A DNA stretch of 63,926 bases, the filler included, from Choristocarpus tenellus KU-1152 (taxonomy: Eukaryota; Protista; Phaeophyceae), in assembly GCA_964200185.2 (NCBI GenBank). It is 9 parts of 9 records of this genome, joined end to end, with 100 filler letters (N's around TTAATTAATTAA, not from the genome) between each part and the next. Parts side by side here need not be neighbours in the genome. Positions count along the whole stretch, not along the records: positions 1 to 6,149 come from CAXNAD020008825.1; positions 6,250 to 23,879 come from CAXNAD020000648.1; 7 more parts are not named here. The stretch is one strand, 5' to 3'. Of this stretch, positions 1-12,903 are shown piece after piece. Both the position numbers and the translations under genes were made by a program. The notes under the pieces were generated by a model. It was not told where the DNA came from and searched no databases. It worked only from the letters and a program-made list of their open reading frames with translations. The stretch's first letter is position 1; each line of letters begins with the position of its first letter.

Positions 1-599
1 GTTTTCGCAGAACAACCATCGTCATAGTCCCGCTCCATCCTCAATTTTGCGAATCCCCTGTTCAATGTCTTCATATTTCAGAAATATTCAAGAAATGCTT
101 GGTTTCTATTCTCATTTCATGTATATTGGAATTTTTGGATATTACGCACAAACACACCATGACAATGCCTCATTAGTAACCAATCATTTTCGGAACTACT
201 TCTAAACTCTTGGACATCTTGAACATACACAGTAAACAACGAATTTAGTGGACAAAGTAGAGAATGGTCTTATTTATAGGAACACATTGTTCCATTGACT
301 GTTTAGAACCTAGAAGAATATCAATGACATATGTATTGCTGCAGACTCAATTCAACAACAGACTGGGGGAATGTACAGCAGGGTATGGTGTTGGCAGTCG
401 CCTCTACGACAGAATTTATCCTGCTCTAACTTTAAATTGGAGTGGAGTTTTTCGTCGAAGTAAAGCTTGATGTGATCCTTGAATCACTCATAACATTATT
501 AGATTGGTTGGAGTTGGTTGTGGTGCGATGGGCGAGAGGGCGGTTTTACTCACTAAAATCAAGTTACTTAGACATCCGTCGGTCCGTCGTCTAGTATAT

Positions 600-818
600 G
601 AGTGAAAGTACGAGTATTGCCCTGTTTGTCCATTTGGGGCTTGTCTTCCCATGTTTTTTTTTATGACATTTTCCTACTCCAAAATGTTTTGGAGTACTTT
701 AAATGTGTACATTATGAAAAGGTGTGTCCAGAACAAGGATATCGACACTTACAAAAGCGCAACATTGTATTTTGGTCCCTAGATGGACTTGGCCCTACCC
801 TCTAAGATACTTTGGTTC
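600..818 (-). mobile_element. MITE family A copy (internally deleted)
   Basis: GAGTGAAAGTA...TACCCTCTAAGATACTTTGGTTC; flanked by ATAT on both sides (4-bp TSD). Confidence 0.9.
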
Positions 819-1352
819 ATATGGCATGGACGACTCTTTCTCCTCTCCTTGGACGAGTTTTTCATAGGAGAAGAGGAGTCATGATTCTCCATGTTTCATC
901 TGTCTCTGTGTGTAACCCTGAACTCTTCCTTGTTATTATAGCTCCACTGTTATGCCAAAAAGCTCATCAGTCAACAGCTAGTCAGTCAGCCAGCCCTCAT
1001 CATCGAGCTTGGACAAGAATACACGCTCTCCGTTGTAGTCCCGACCCCTCTTTGATTTCTTGTTCCAGAGTGATTGATTTGTCCACTCGATCAAGCACAA
1101 GTCTCCACGGCAATCACCACCAGTGCGTACGTTCTGCCCAACCTCTTTCTTCGACTTCTGTGAAATTGAAGCCCAGAGGTAGAGACCGCATCACGATATC
1201 CAGCATGTCCTTTGACAGAGGGGCTTCAGCAGCCATTTTGCCGAGCTCTGCGTGGACACTCTACGTTGTAGTGAGCTGCGTGTGAAGGTTAAGCTCCGAA
1301 AACATCGTATAGTATATTGTCAAAAAGTCACCTTGTGATAGCATCACAACAA

Positions 1353-1656
1353 TTCTTGATAAATTTCGAACTGATGCAAGGCATCCTTTTCAGTGATCAG
1401 CAAATCAAATTAGAGCTGAGATTATAAGCAATCGATTGGCGCAAAGAAGCCTGGTCGCAACAATAATATTGATATGATTTTCAGCGATTTTCATTTTTTT
1501 GGCAATTCAACCGAATCTTTCGGCATTTCCTAACTCAACACAAATTACTTTGCGACCGGATTTCTTTGTGCCAATCGACAGCATTTGGTCTCAGCTTTAA
1601 TTTGTTGTGCTAATCACCAATCAGTACGCCTTACATCACCTCGAAATTAATCAAAT
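1353..1656. mobile_element. Foldback/MITE-like element with ~110-bp imperfect inverted arms
   Basis: 1356-1467 (ttgataaatttcgaactgatgcaaggc...tcgattggcgcaaagaagcctggtcgcaa) is the reverse complement of ~1543-1654 (ttgcgaccggatttctttgtgccaatcga...gccttacatcacctcgaaattaatcaa). Confidence 0.75.
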
Positions 1657-1998
1657 CCAGTCTTATCCTAGAGGCCACTAGTAAAACCACAATAACAACA
1701 GAATGTTCTTGATTGGAATTGGATAACCAACAAATTGCGCACACATATATGACACGGCATGAGATCAGACCTCATTTAAACGTGTATACATGAGAAACTT
1801 CCATTTCACATCTGTCTCGCAGAGCTCAAATGCCAAAGAAAAATCTAGGAAATGTCACTGCGAGTTTCAGTGAGAAACTCCGAATTCAAACCACCCTTCT
1901 TAATTGTACTCTTCTTGGTCTATGTTCAGCATAACAAGACCCATACAATGTATTATTCGTACTTCAAAATAGAGTTCTTCTAGGAACAGGAGTGTAAA

Positions 1999-2256
1999 GA
2001 GTCAAAGTATCTTAGAGGGCAGAGCCGCGTCAGTTTGGGGGCCAAAATACAATGTTGCGTTTTTGATGTACTTTTGGCTATCGTGTTTGTTAGGAGGTGT
2101 CAATATCCTTGTTCCGGACACACCTTTTCATAATGTATACATTTTACCTACTTTAAAACATTTTGGAGTAGATAATGTCGTAAAAAATTCCGAGGGAAGC
2201 CAAGCCCCAAATGGACAAACAGGGAAAAACTCGTACCCTCTAAGATACTTTCACTC
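1999..2256 (+). mobile_element. MITE family A, full length (258 bp)
   Basis: TIRs GAGTCAAAGTATCTTAGAGGG / CCCTCTAAGATACTTTCACTC, subterminal (C)AGTTTGGGG / CCCCAAATGGAC; flanks TAAA/AAAG (imperfect TSD). Confidence 0.95.
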
Positions 2257-5200
2257 AAAGCATCTAGTAAGGTTCGTATGTTTTCATTCAACTTTAATCA
2301 GGTCTACTAGAGCAAAGAGAAACGACCACATTCTGAAGATATTTTTCCGCAAGGATAAAAAAAGTCAAACGGCCAGGAAGTTGTATTCTGCTTAGTTAAG
2401 AGCTCTAGTATTTATATTAGAGAAACAAAACCTTGCAAGTGGCATAAAAACAAACAAACAGAAAAACTCTCAATAGGCTACCCTGCCTACACATGTCCCT
2501 CATAGAGATACTCAGTCCACAAGTATTGGCATCAAATGCATGGTCCAGCAAGAGGAGACAATATACACATCATCTGTACCACACGAGCATTGACCTCGCT
2601 CACCTTACTAGAAAAAGCAGATTCTTCTATCAGCGCTAAATCGCAACATGGTATGAACATACATTAGCTACCAAAAACAAAAAGAGTGAACCAAGGTTGA
2701 GTTCACCAAGAAATGGCTCCCCTCAGAAATCCTTCACCAAAAAAACAACCCAACCATGACACAGTGTGTAAATGATACACACCCAGTGCATCCCCAGCAT
2801 GTAACTCACTCTTGCTAAGCTGCATGTGCCCTAGTGAATCAAAACTGGAAGTAGTCTAGATATCACCTTGTTGATTAAGGGTGTTGTGTCATGAAATTAC
2901 AGCTTGAGATTATGAAAGGGATGTTCACACACATTTTTTTGTTCGATTCTTTAGGTCTGCGGCCTTTGCATCCATTGCCAAAAAAAACACTGGTGCCAAT
3001 GGAGCACCTTCAGGGGCAAACCTTCATTCCAGTCATTGATACACAGCAGCACACCTGCAGAGTCAATTACCACCCACAATACTACAAAGTCAGCTCCAGC
3101 ACCTCAAGCAGACGAAGTAACCCCTTGAAGAAGGGGGAGGGGGGGGGATGACCCTACACCCTCCATATGCTTACGCCATCACAGAACTCAATGACCCAAC
3201 ATTTTGTTCCAAATACACTTGTATTGACCGGCCCTGCAGCCTACTACTCAAACGTAGCTTTTCCGTTGTTGGTACACACAATCTCCATCCGGTCCGCAGA
3301 TCTAGTTCAAAAGAGGGTTTGACAACGCCGGGCACTGGCACCCACTATAATATTTGAAACCTACACTAATACTCAAAACTAGTACGTGGTACAACAACTA
3401 GCACGAAATACACAGACACATACAAACAAGTGCACACCTAAAACACAACACCATTTCATTGCCATGACTGAGTCATTCCTGGCACCATTTACATGCTCAT
3501 ACCTGTCTGCCTGTTCTACGTCCACGGCACCCAGCTGACTACCTGCACACCAACACCGATTGAAATCCAACCATTCCACACTTAAATCAATATAATCATT
3601 TCAAACATGGACTGGAGTTATTTCCCCTTCCAACAATCAGAGCTCTCAATGTTCCAGCAACTCCCACATACCACACCATCATTCACAACGCCCTAGAGAG
3701 GCAAATGAAGACAGGAGTGGGTCTTGGTGTCAAACCATGCACCACGCACAATACCAGAAAGACGCATGTGGGTGAGCAACGACCATCGTTTCACAAACAA
3801 AGTCTTGACATCCGAGCAGAACCTGCATTACTCTGAACAAACCATCTTCAGCCCTTTCTTTTTCCCATTCTTCCGCTACTACCTGAATGCCCCACCTAGC
3901 AACACAGCAACTGAGCACCGTGTGCATGCATGCCACACACAAGGCATCGTCCATCTGTACACTAAAGATGCAACAATTCTTTTTTAGTTTGCCGCCATGT
4001 GCTCCTCTCGATGTTTCTTCATAGTATATTAGTAGTGTCCAGTTAGTATTTACGATATACTTTGCCTGCTACCAATTTCAAAAATATCTTCGGTTTACTA
4101 GTTTGCAATCTCTGTGAGAGATGCTCTTCCCGCTGCCGCCGCTGCTAGACGCTGTCCTCGTCGGGTTCGCCTGGTTAAGGGCAAGGTGGGCATAAATATT
4201 TTAGATGTTGACTTTTCATGGTCTTGTGCACAACACGAGATTTAGTTATGTGGATTTGACCTTGAACACGATGCACACCTACTTTTCAAAGCGACAATAA
4301 TGGTAGTGTTGTCCCTCTAAAGTAAGACACTCTGCCCTCACGCTTACGTCCTCACAAGGAACCCCAACCAACTTCAGTCAGTACCTCACGTCCATCGGGG
4401 ATAGAGGTAGATGGTTCTGGGGTATACCTCGTGTAGCAAAGGCACACGCACCTATACCTATACCTTTGTGTGGGGTGAAGCCAACTAAAACATTGCCTAT
4501 GGATCAATGTAAGATATATTTGCAATATCCAATCACACCAGATGTTCATCTCTGTGTATATATATGTATCCAGCGGGAAATTGTAGTGAGTTTTACAGCA
4601 TGACTCCTGATCAATGACACCTCAAACCTGTCCTTCATAAAACCATGTAAACTATACTCACACTCCACCGGACACGTGGTCATTGTACTTCCCCTCTACC
4701 CAGTTGCGAAGCTCGGACTCATCCCCTCCCCCCCGACACAGACGGACACCCTCAGCAAAAAACGGGTCCACCTAATCACAAAACAGGATAAACATTCACA
4801 AAAGGAGGATTGGCCATTAGGAGTTAGGGCTTGTATGTGTGTGTTCATGTGCTTGGCAAGGGCTAACAAGGGAGTTGCAAATCACTGCTGATTGAGGTGC
4901 TCTCTGTTGGACCAATTCACTCTGCTGTGACTCCATTTCAGCTCATGCATACTGGTAGGTAGTAGAATGATGTGTGATACCGTGGGCAGGACGAGACCTA
5001 TTCTACCTAGCAAAAAAAAATGTACACTATGGTCTTCAAACTTGTCCAATTCAACCCCTATATGCTCATCTGCTCGTGTGCATGCATGCATTTCTGCATT
5101 CGTATATTTATCGGATTTGGAGGTACCCACAAATCTTTAGCAAGAACTAAATCACTACAATTAGGGCTAACTTGATTAATCCAATATGAAAACAAATAAT

Positions 5201-5416
5201 AAAAACAAAGTTACTAAAAAAAACACATGATTTTTTTTTGTTTCAAGGACAGTTGGCAAAAATGACAACAATTGAGGAGTAGATGCCATCTAAATCTGCC
5301 CAACGCTTGGCTAGATCGTTGTCCTATGGAGGCATGAGGTAGCTGATTATAAGCTTGTTCGGGGAAAAACATTGCTTTGGTCTCACACATTCACAAATCA
5401 AAAAAAGAGACATCAC

Positions 5417-5951
5417 CTTCCCAATTATCTTCACTTCCTTGCCAGCAGGGACTCCCTTCCGTCGATAGAGATACATGGTGTGACCCTCACCAGAACCTGC
5501 CCCACAACCAATAGCACCCATCCCATTTTGCACGAGTATTCAATGTAAGGAGGCATTGACGAGAGAGAGAAGAAGAGAAGGGTATGTAGCACTGTCAACG
5601 GAAATTGCAAGCATAATGGCATTACCTTGGTTTGAACAAGACCATCAAATAAATGACATTGCTAACCATTTTTCCAAATACCAATGGAAAACAATCAAGT
5701 AGTAAGGCCCAGGGTACACTATTGAATGTAACGTGAATCTCAGATTCCTCAAAAGCGCCTCATTTGAAATCAGGGCTGGGGGGGGGTCTACACTGCACAC
5801 CCACCAGTCAAAGACAGTGGCATCTTGAGTATTTCATTCACATTGAACCCATATCCCTGCACTCTCTTTGGGGTCTGGTAGCTGATGAGATGGTTGGCCT
5901 GAGATGCATTGAACATCCTAGCAATGGTGCGAAACGTTGATGGAGGGAAAC
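5417..5951 (-). CDS. DOT1-like class I SAM-dependent (H3K79-type) methyltransferase, 3' exons (partial; 5' part not in contig)
   Basis: Exons 5951-5805 (acag|...|gtgggt, 147 nt) and 5496-5417 (gcag|...|gtgatg) splice in phase to GFPPSTFRTIARMFNASQANHLISYQTPKRVQGYGFNVNEILKMPLSLTGSGEGHTMYLYRRK, matching the GFPP...FNxS...YGFxV...GSxEGHxxYxYRR tail I recall from stramenopile DOT1-domain proteins; further weak exons possible down to ~4080. Confidence 0.55.
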
Positions 5952-6149
5952 CTGTATTGTGACACCCACGCCACAAAATTAAAATATCCAATGGATTCAG
6001 AGAGCCGGTTCACATCAACACACAGGTGGAAAACCACACGTGTTTAGAGCAATATTGGAGGCAAGTTAAGGATGTGTGAAAAGGTTTTACCCCCCCCACG
6101 CCTCCGCCCCCCCCCCCCCCCCCCCCCCCAAACACCAACCCCCCACAAA

Positions 6150-6249
6150 NNNNNNNNNNNNNNNNNNNNNNNNNNNNNNNNNNNNNNNNNNNNTTAATTA
6201 ATTAANNNNNNNNNNNNNNNNNNNNNNNNNNNNNNNNNNNNNNNNNNNN
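6150..6249. other. Artificial contig linker (N-run/TTAATTAATTAA/N-run); same linker at ~23880-23979, 28953-29052, 38169-38268, 41381-41480, 47694-47793, 54194-54293, 61296-61395
   Basis: Identical 100-nt spacer carrying a six-frame stop cassette, repeated 8 times; the window is 9 concatenated contigs. Confidence 0.97.
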
Positions 6250-6375
6250 TTCCCTTCTCCTCCCCCGCCCCTCCCCTCCCCTCCCCTCCCCTCCCCTCCC
6301 CTCCCCCTGTTGGACCCCTCACGGCATACTGCCTCTTCTATTATTGAATATAACATCCGTATTTTTTTCCGGAAG

Positions 6376-7143
6376 GCATGTGAGCCTTGTTCAAGAGGCT
6401 CGACAGAATATTGCAGCCACAGGACCAGCCCCAGGACACAGCTCAACCACTTGGACTAGGGGTGGAAGCAAGGGAAACTCTGGAGCCGGCGGTGCAGCAG
6501 CCATGCCAGACTCCAGCAATGCAGGACACAATATTCATAGTGCCTACTCCCCGACTCCAGCCCCTGTCCCGACACCGAGTCCCCCACACCATCATCCGCC
6601 TTCTGGGTTGCTGGAGAACCCCGGAGTGAAAGCAAGAGTGAGGGACGGGGCTGCGGGTATAGGATCAACAGTAGGGGCGAGTGTGGGAGTGGGGTCTACA
6701 CAAGAGCAGAGAGAACGGGTGGGGGAAGGGGGGAGGNNNNNNNNNNGGGGGGGGTGGGGGGTATGGGGTAAACGGTGGGGTGGGGTGTGGGGGGGGTTTT
6801 AACAAAGGAAAAAGAGAAAGGGGGGGGGGAGGGGGGGGGGGGGGGAGATGGAGAGGATGATGCCGTAAAGCGTTTGGTGGGATGGAGGGATGAGCTGCTG
6901 TCCACAGGTATGTACTCTCGTGATAATCCCATCGTGAGAGAACTCAATCTCCGCATTGTTGAGGGAGGAGGGGAGTCTTCATCGTTTCCCCGCCAGGCAC
7001 CTGCCCCTGCCCAGACTCCGGCGCCGACTCTGTTTTCGTCAGGAGTGACTGGGGGAAGGGGGGTTGGTGGGAGGAGTGTCTCGGGGGGACAGGGGTTGGG
7101 GGGTGCTGGGAGAAGAAGGGACGGCGGAAGGGGAGAGAGATGA
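6376..7143 (+). CDS. CEP120: Terminal exon of CEP120-like centriolar protein (partial, small N gap inside)
   Basis: After a pyrimidine tract and gaag| acceptor, low-complexity linker, then VKRLVGWRDELLSTGMYSRDNPIVRELNLRI, resembling the conserved CEP120 C-terminal motif (RLxxERDxLxxTGxYxxxDxIIxELDxxI); stop at 7143. Confidence 0.65.
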
Positions 7144-7290
7144 GTGCAGTTGGTACTGGATGAATGTCAGTTAGTTAGTGGGTGTTGTGTGTGAGGAATA
7201 ATAGCACAGGGTTTGTTTTTATGCAATCTGTTGAGTTGTTATTTGTTTATTTTGTCAATTATTTTTTCTCCTTTTCCACCAATTGTCTGC

Positions 7291-7292
<2 letters not shown>

Positions 7293-7324
<32 letters not shown>
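7293..7324. repeat. (CT)n microsatellite
   Basis: Direct reading. Confidence 0.9.
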
Positions 7325-7326
<2 letters not shown>

Positions 7327-9574
7327 TCCTTGAGTTTGGTTGTGCTCGGTTAGTGTGTATCTGTCTTTGTGGAATATTGATGTGTACTATAGTGTGTGTG
7401 ATGGTAGACGGGTTGGGGTGAAAATCTCGCCATCTGAATAAGCCTTCTTCTTACTGTAAATTTGTGCCCTTTAAGGCGCATGTGGTTGTATGTGGGAATT
7501 TTTGAGAACACGTGGCGATCCTACTTGCCATCCTAGTTGAAGGCATTTTTGTAGTGACCCAAGCAAGGCGTGTGTTGTTTTTGGTGCCAACTTGGCAATG
7601 AGGTTGCAAAAGAGATAAAATGGACACGCATCAAGCATTCATAGCATCACTGTGAGCTTTGTATGAAAAGTAGAAAATATATTAATAACCCACTGCTGAT
7701 GATGCGATGTGTGTGTAGTGCTCATCAGAGAGGTCTGAAGTTCCCTACGTCATCAGATTATCATGAATTTCCCGTTTCTCAAGAAATACGTATGTGTGGG
7801 TTATTTACTTCACATACGGACGGTGAGATGAAGTGCCCCTTCTAACTACTCCAGAGCACACACTACTATACAGTCATTCCTTGCATTGCACGTATGTGCT
7901 TTTCATAGGTGGATGAAACAAAACCTTCCTTCTACCAGCGCAAGAGGAACGCTCAGCTGGAGCTGGTAGTCCAATGATACGCAAGCACATCACCAGCGCT
8001 CACTCTTTTCTATTTCCTACTTCGAAGTATTCGTTGCCTCTCAATGTATTAATGCTTTTCTATGTTTTAGTTATGTTTACTATTCCACCAAGTATCAAAA
8101 TGATGCCCTACCATATATGTAGTAGTTGGCTGAAATGTTCCACAAAGGCATAATAATGTTGTTTTCAAGGTGGTTCATGGGTACTCGGCATCAAACCGGA
8201 TATGGCTTTTACAGATGAGATACTCTTCCACACATCTAGGATTCCTTGGATTAATTTTAGTTTGTGGCTGAGGGCAGAGGCCATAGCTACAGCATCGACA
8301 GCGAGTGGAAACCAAAGAGACTGAGTTGGGTAGCTGTGGCTTCAACATAACCTTAGACCTGTCCCACCCTGGGGCTCATTTCCCCTACTGGCCTCTGAGA
8401 TCCAAATCGGTACTACTTGTACAAGTCTTGATCAAGCTCAGAACCGGAATCCTGCTGTGACCTCGGACCTATGAACTCACACCTAGATCTAGGGTTCAAC
8501 ATACGTGGGACATACGACGTTTCAACACTGCTACATTATTGCATTTCTAAGGATTTTTTTCTTTAAACGTTAGGACTATTATCCTGATTGTCTTTCAATC
8601 GACTGCTCATCAAAGTTTCGTTTGATAGTGTTCTTTTTGAGAGGCTTGGAGAGTACTGTACTGGTAAAGATATTGTAATGGCATTGTAGTGTGAACGAGG
8701 TCAGGATATCAGAACCCCATAAACAGGAGAGGTCGCAGTATTAAGTCCCATCCTCAGTGGAGCAATCCAAGCATGCAATTGTGTCATTAGCTTGAGAACA
8801 TCCATACTCACCAATAAGTTTGTTGTTGCTGCTGTAGTATTGTACAAGGACTTTCTGCAGCTAAGTGAATACACGGTGAAAGAGTCACAGAATGCATCGA
8901 TCCCTCACAAAACTAGGGGCGAGACTTTGGGGGGCTGAAGATATGGGTGCTGTCAACTTATTGACACACCATTGGATCACACCATGGGATGGACGTTTTT
9001 CTGGCTACAGGATCCAGGCGGCGCTGAATGACTGACTCCTCTTGAGGATAACCCAGCTGAATACCAAGATAAACTTGCGCACGGATTCAAGACAATAAAC
9101 CTACAAAGTGCATAGTGCTAAAACATAGCCTACTCATTTGTTTTTCTTGATACGATAGAGTAGAGTACCACCAGTCAATACTGACTGTTGATTGATCCGT
9201 TATGTATTGGTTGTTACTCTCACTAGTTCATCATCACCGCAGCAATTACCCTCAGAACACCACAGTATAGAACAGTCGCTTGAGTTGCGTCACATATTGA
9301 TTCAAGCCTGTTCTGTTGTTCTGTTCTGTTGTTTGCCTTTTGTTTTTTCTCACTATTCTTCTTAGTAGCAAAAGCCTCTAATTGTTGTACCTTCATGATT
9401 ATTTCTTTCTTGGTTGACATTGCCCCCTCGTAATGCACCAACCTCACTCTGCAATAGGTGTAGGTGATGCACGCACCTGGATGCTATATATTCAGAGTTC
9501 AACCATCCACAGAAACCCTTGTCCGCCAAGGTACCAAGCCTCTCCATAGAGCATGGACTTCTTTCGTTGATTAT

Positions 9575-10006
9575 CTCAAGAACACTGAATTCACATCATC
9601 ATCCTGGACTCTGAGCGATCAATGACCTAACCTCAGTTACAACAGAAGATATACTTGGGTGCTTTGCAGCACTATGACTTCTCTTCGCAACACAGACTAC
9701 GCATTTTACTCGAAAGTACGACGCATTCGATTCAAGTTTTGAGTTAAAGTATCTTAGAGGGTACGAATTTTGCGCCGTTTGTCCGTTTGGGGCTTTTGTC
9801 TTCCCATGTTTATTTTTATGACATTTTCCTAATCCAAAATGTTTCGGAGTAGGTAAAATGCATATGATATGAAAAGATATGTCCGGAACAAGGATATATA
9901 CTCCTAACATGAAAGCCGAAAATACATCAAAATTACAACATTGGATTTTGGCCCCCAAGTAGTGGACGCGGCTCTACCCTCTAAGATAAAATTGACTCTT
10001 TTAACA
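9575..10006 (+). mobile_element. LTR 3'-end remnant (same family as 24063-24512), interrupted by a MITE A
   Basis: aagaacactgaattcac...cctcagttacaacagaa...gtacgacgcattcgattcaagtttt[MITE]aaca aligns with 24295-24512, which ends in ...caggtttcaaca. Confidence 0.6.
9741..9998 (-). mobile_element. MITE family A, full length
   Basis: TIRs present; TTTT TSD; the paralogous empty site at ~24500 has the length expected for a 4-bp TSD. Confidence 0.95.
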
Positions 10007-11409
10007 CATAGGAGCATCCAAGGCACCAATACCAGGATGAAAGCTGTGATGGGGGAAAATGCTTGAACTTTGGTTGCACCCATCTAACAGACTCCTTTTT
10101 TTGGCAGCGTATAAGCACCTCACCAGCACCACAAGAGTTTTGCATGAACAGGAAGACAACACTGTACGCAATATCGCATTTCTAGTTTAAAAGATGCACC
10201 GCCACAACAACAGTCGAAGTCAACATAGTGTGTGATCTGTGACTGCAACTCCTCGCTAAACACACCTCCGTGGCATCACACACTCCTGAAATTTTACTAC
10301 CCTTAAACACAACAAAAACACTAAAAGCAGTCAATGGTCACAAACAGTGGGCCGCTTGAAACCGTATGTATATTACTCTTTGAGTAGCTCATTTATCGTT
10401 GTGCTCTGACACCCAACTTCCACCCACCCAAAGCATGTGTTCCACAATACCGAAATATTGTACGAAATTGATGCAAACTGAAAGTAAGTGCTAATCGTCC
10501 ACAATGAAATATACAACACTCTTCTTGCTATACCCCAGATCTGCGTTTCATACCACCTACGTCTACAATCATACAATTCACTTATGATTTGATAAATCTT
10601 GAAATACGTTCCAAAACTAAACAGTAAGTCAAAAGCATACCCTCAATAATTATGTAAAAGTATATTATCAAATAAACAGTCAGTTGTTGGAAGAGAAAAA
10701 CATTGTATTCCGAAGAATAGGAGATGAGTATGGGTTAATGGAATAGAATATGGAAGAGTCCAAAAATAGGAAAACATTGCAGCAAGGAATCTGTGATTAG
10801 TGCCTAGTGATTAGTGATCCACAGAATAGGATTGATCTGGTGACAAGGGCACCCCCCTTGAGCTTGAAGGCCCACTCCTCCTTTCTCTTCCATACTTCAT
10901 CTACATCTTGTCAACCCAGGAAGGAATTACTAAATCATTTATATACACAAGTCTTGGGAAATAACAGCTTCGCTAATACACTAACCAACATTTAATCCTA
11001 CACACCACCCCCCCAGATGGAACTTCTCGGAAGCTCTCTTTCCTCTCTTTCTTGTCCTCCCATCTGTACACAGCCACCGACCCCTCATTACACTTTACGC
11101 CAGTCAAATGAGTGGGATAGACAGTATTCAATAACAAACATTTCAAGAAAAAGACACGATAGTAGTCCAGCCTTGCCAACTTCTATTCCTAGGGTTTCTA
11201 CATCACAGATCCCCTCCCCTAGTATGGATAAGGCCAGCCCTCCCTCAATGTTCCGATTCACAGGCAAATCTTCCACATTCCAGACCCCCTCCCTTTTAAT
11301 GGAAAATGCCAACTTATGTTCGGAATTCCACTTCTATGTTGGAACATCAATAATGTAGAACAGTCCCTCCTTCAATGCCGCAAAGTCGGCTGTAGGTGCC
11401 CTTAGCTAA

Positions 11410-11586
11410 GGCTCAAAGTATCTGGGGGGGGAGGGGGTCTACACAAGAGTGTCCATTCGAGCCCTTACGAGGAGAGGTGAACTTATATTATCCACCGACA
11501 CATGCAACCAAATCACCCAAAAATCGTGACATGGAAAAATGGGCCCCGAATGGCCGGCTGTCACACACACCCAGATACTTTGAGCC
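11410..11586 (+). mobile_element. MITE family B (~180 bp)
   Basis: TIRs GGCTCAAAGTATCTGGG / CCCAGATACTTTGAGCC; absent from the homologous position in the other arm. Confidence 0.9.
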
Positions 11587-12083
11587 TGAAATAACCTAAT
11601 GTCCAACACAAAAACCTAGTTCACTTTGAGGAAACCAAACACATCCTCAAATGTCTTGGGATAATTGTAGTCACCAAATCGTGCCAGGTTCTGGACGATA
11701 GGTAGCCAAACCCACTCCTCCTGTATATGAAATTCTCAAGGCACGTCCAACTACCCACATAGTTCCAGTGTACATTTTGGAGAAAGCTATGCTCGAGCAT
11801 AGCCACCATACCTGTGATTGTGTACATTGTCCACAGTGTATACTGGAGCTCTGTGAGTAGTTGGAACTGCATTAAGAAGTTCAAATACAAAAGGAGCAGG
11901 AGGGTTTGACTCCCTATGGTCGAGAACCGGGCACAATGCAGTGGCTGTACATTAACACAAGACATTTGAATATGTTGTTACATTCCTAAAAGTGAAAGAG
12001 GTTTCTGCATTGGACATTGGGGAATTTCAGCTAAGGGTGCATATAGCCGCCTTCATCGCATTGAAGGAGGGATTGTCCTACAT

Positions 12084-12264
12084 GGCTCAAATTATCTGGG
12101 GGGGGAGTGGAGACTTTCCATTTGGGGCCATTTTTTTATGTCGCGATTTTGGGTGATTTGGCTGCATGCGTCTGATGGATAAATGTAAGTGCACTTTTCC
12201 TGGTTATGACCCAAATGGGCACCCTGGTGTAGACCCCCCCCACCCTCCCCAGATACTTTGGGTC
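12084..12264 (-). mobile_element. MITE family B
   Basis: GGCTCAAATTATCTGGG...CCCAGATACTTTGGGTC; ACAT TSD; empty site visible in the other arm. Confidence 0.92.
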
Positions 12265-12642
12265 ACATCCTTGATGTTCCAACATTGAAATGGATTTCCG
12301 AACATAAGTTGGCATTTTCCAATAAAAAGGAGTATGTCTAATATATGGAAGACTCGGCCGGCCTTATCCAAACTAGGGGAGGGGATCTGTGGTATGGACT
12401 CTTTGGTAGCAGAATTTGATGAGGAGGACTTTCCCTTAGAGAACAGGGAGTTCCACGGTGCTGCAACACCGTCCCCAAAGCTGAGCTTGTTGCTTTGAAA
12501 GGTGGTAGCAGGTGTGCAGGGGACACGACTTGGTGGGACCATATTAGAATATCCAATTGGACCAAGGGGAAAGATGAGAATATCTATGGGGCAATATTGA
12601 AGGAGAGTGTAAGCTGAAATGAAAATAGAGAGAGAGCAGGCA

Positions 12643-12903
12643 GAGTGAAAGTATCTTAGAGGGTACGAGTTTTCCCCTGTCCATTTGGGGCTTGGCTTCC
12701 CAGGGTCTTTTTTTTGACATTTTCCTACTCCGAAATGTTTCAGAGTAGGAGAAATATGTATGTTGTGAAAACGTGTGTTCGGAACAAGGATATTGATACT
12801 TCCTAATAAACACAATAGCCAAAGTTACATCAAAATCGCAACATTGGATTTTGGCCCCCAAACGGACGCGGCTCTACCCTCTAAGATACTTTGACTTTGA
12901 GTC
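12643..12903 (-). mobile_element. MITE family A
   Basis: TIRs present, right end slightly duplicated (ttgactttgagtc); GGCA TSD. Confidence 0.93.

Larger units (their letters stand above)
11160..12435. repeat. Diverged inverted duplication of a degenerate coding repeat (arms ~11160-11660 and ~11958-12435)
   Basis: gcattgaaggaggga...gatgttccaacat...ccgaacataagttggcattttcc occurs in opposite orientations in the two arms. Confidence 0.8.

Noticed and set aside
2063-2395. Recurring ORF peptides such as 'NILVPDTPFH...PNGQTGKNSYPLRYF' as a protein family
   Set aside because: Chance translations of MITE A; frames and stops are not conserved between copies
6194-6205. Recurrent TTAATTAATTAA inside N-runs as a biological motif
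   Set aside because: Artificial six-frame-stop linker used to concatenate contigs
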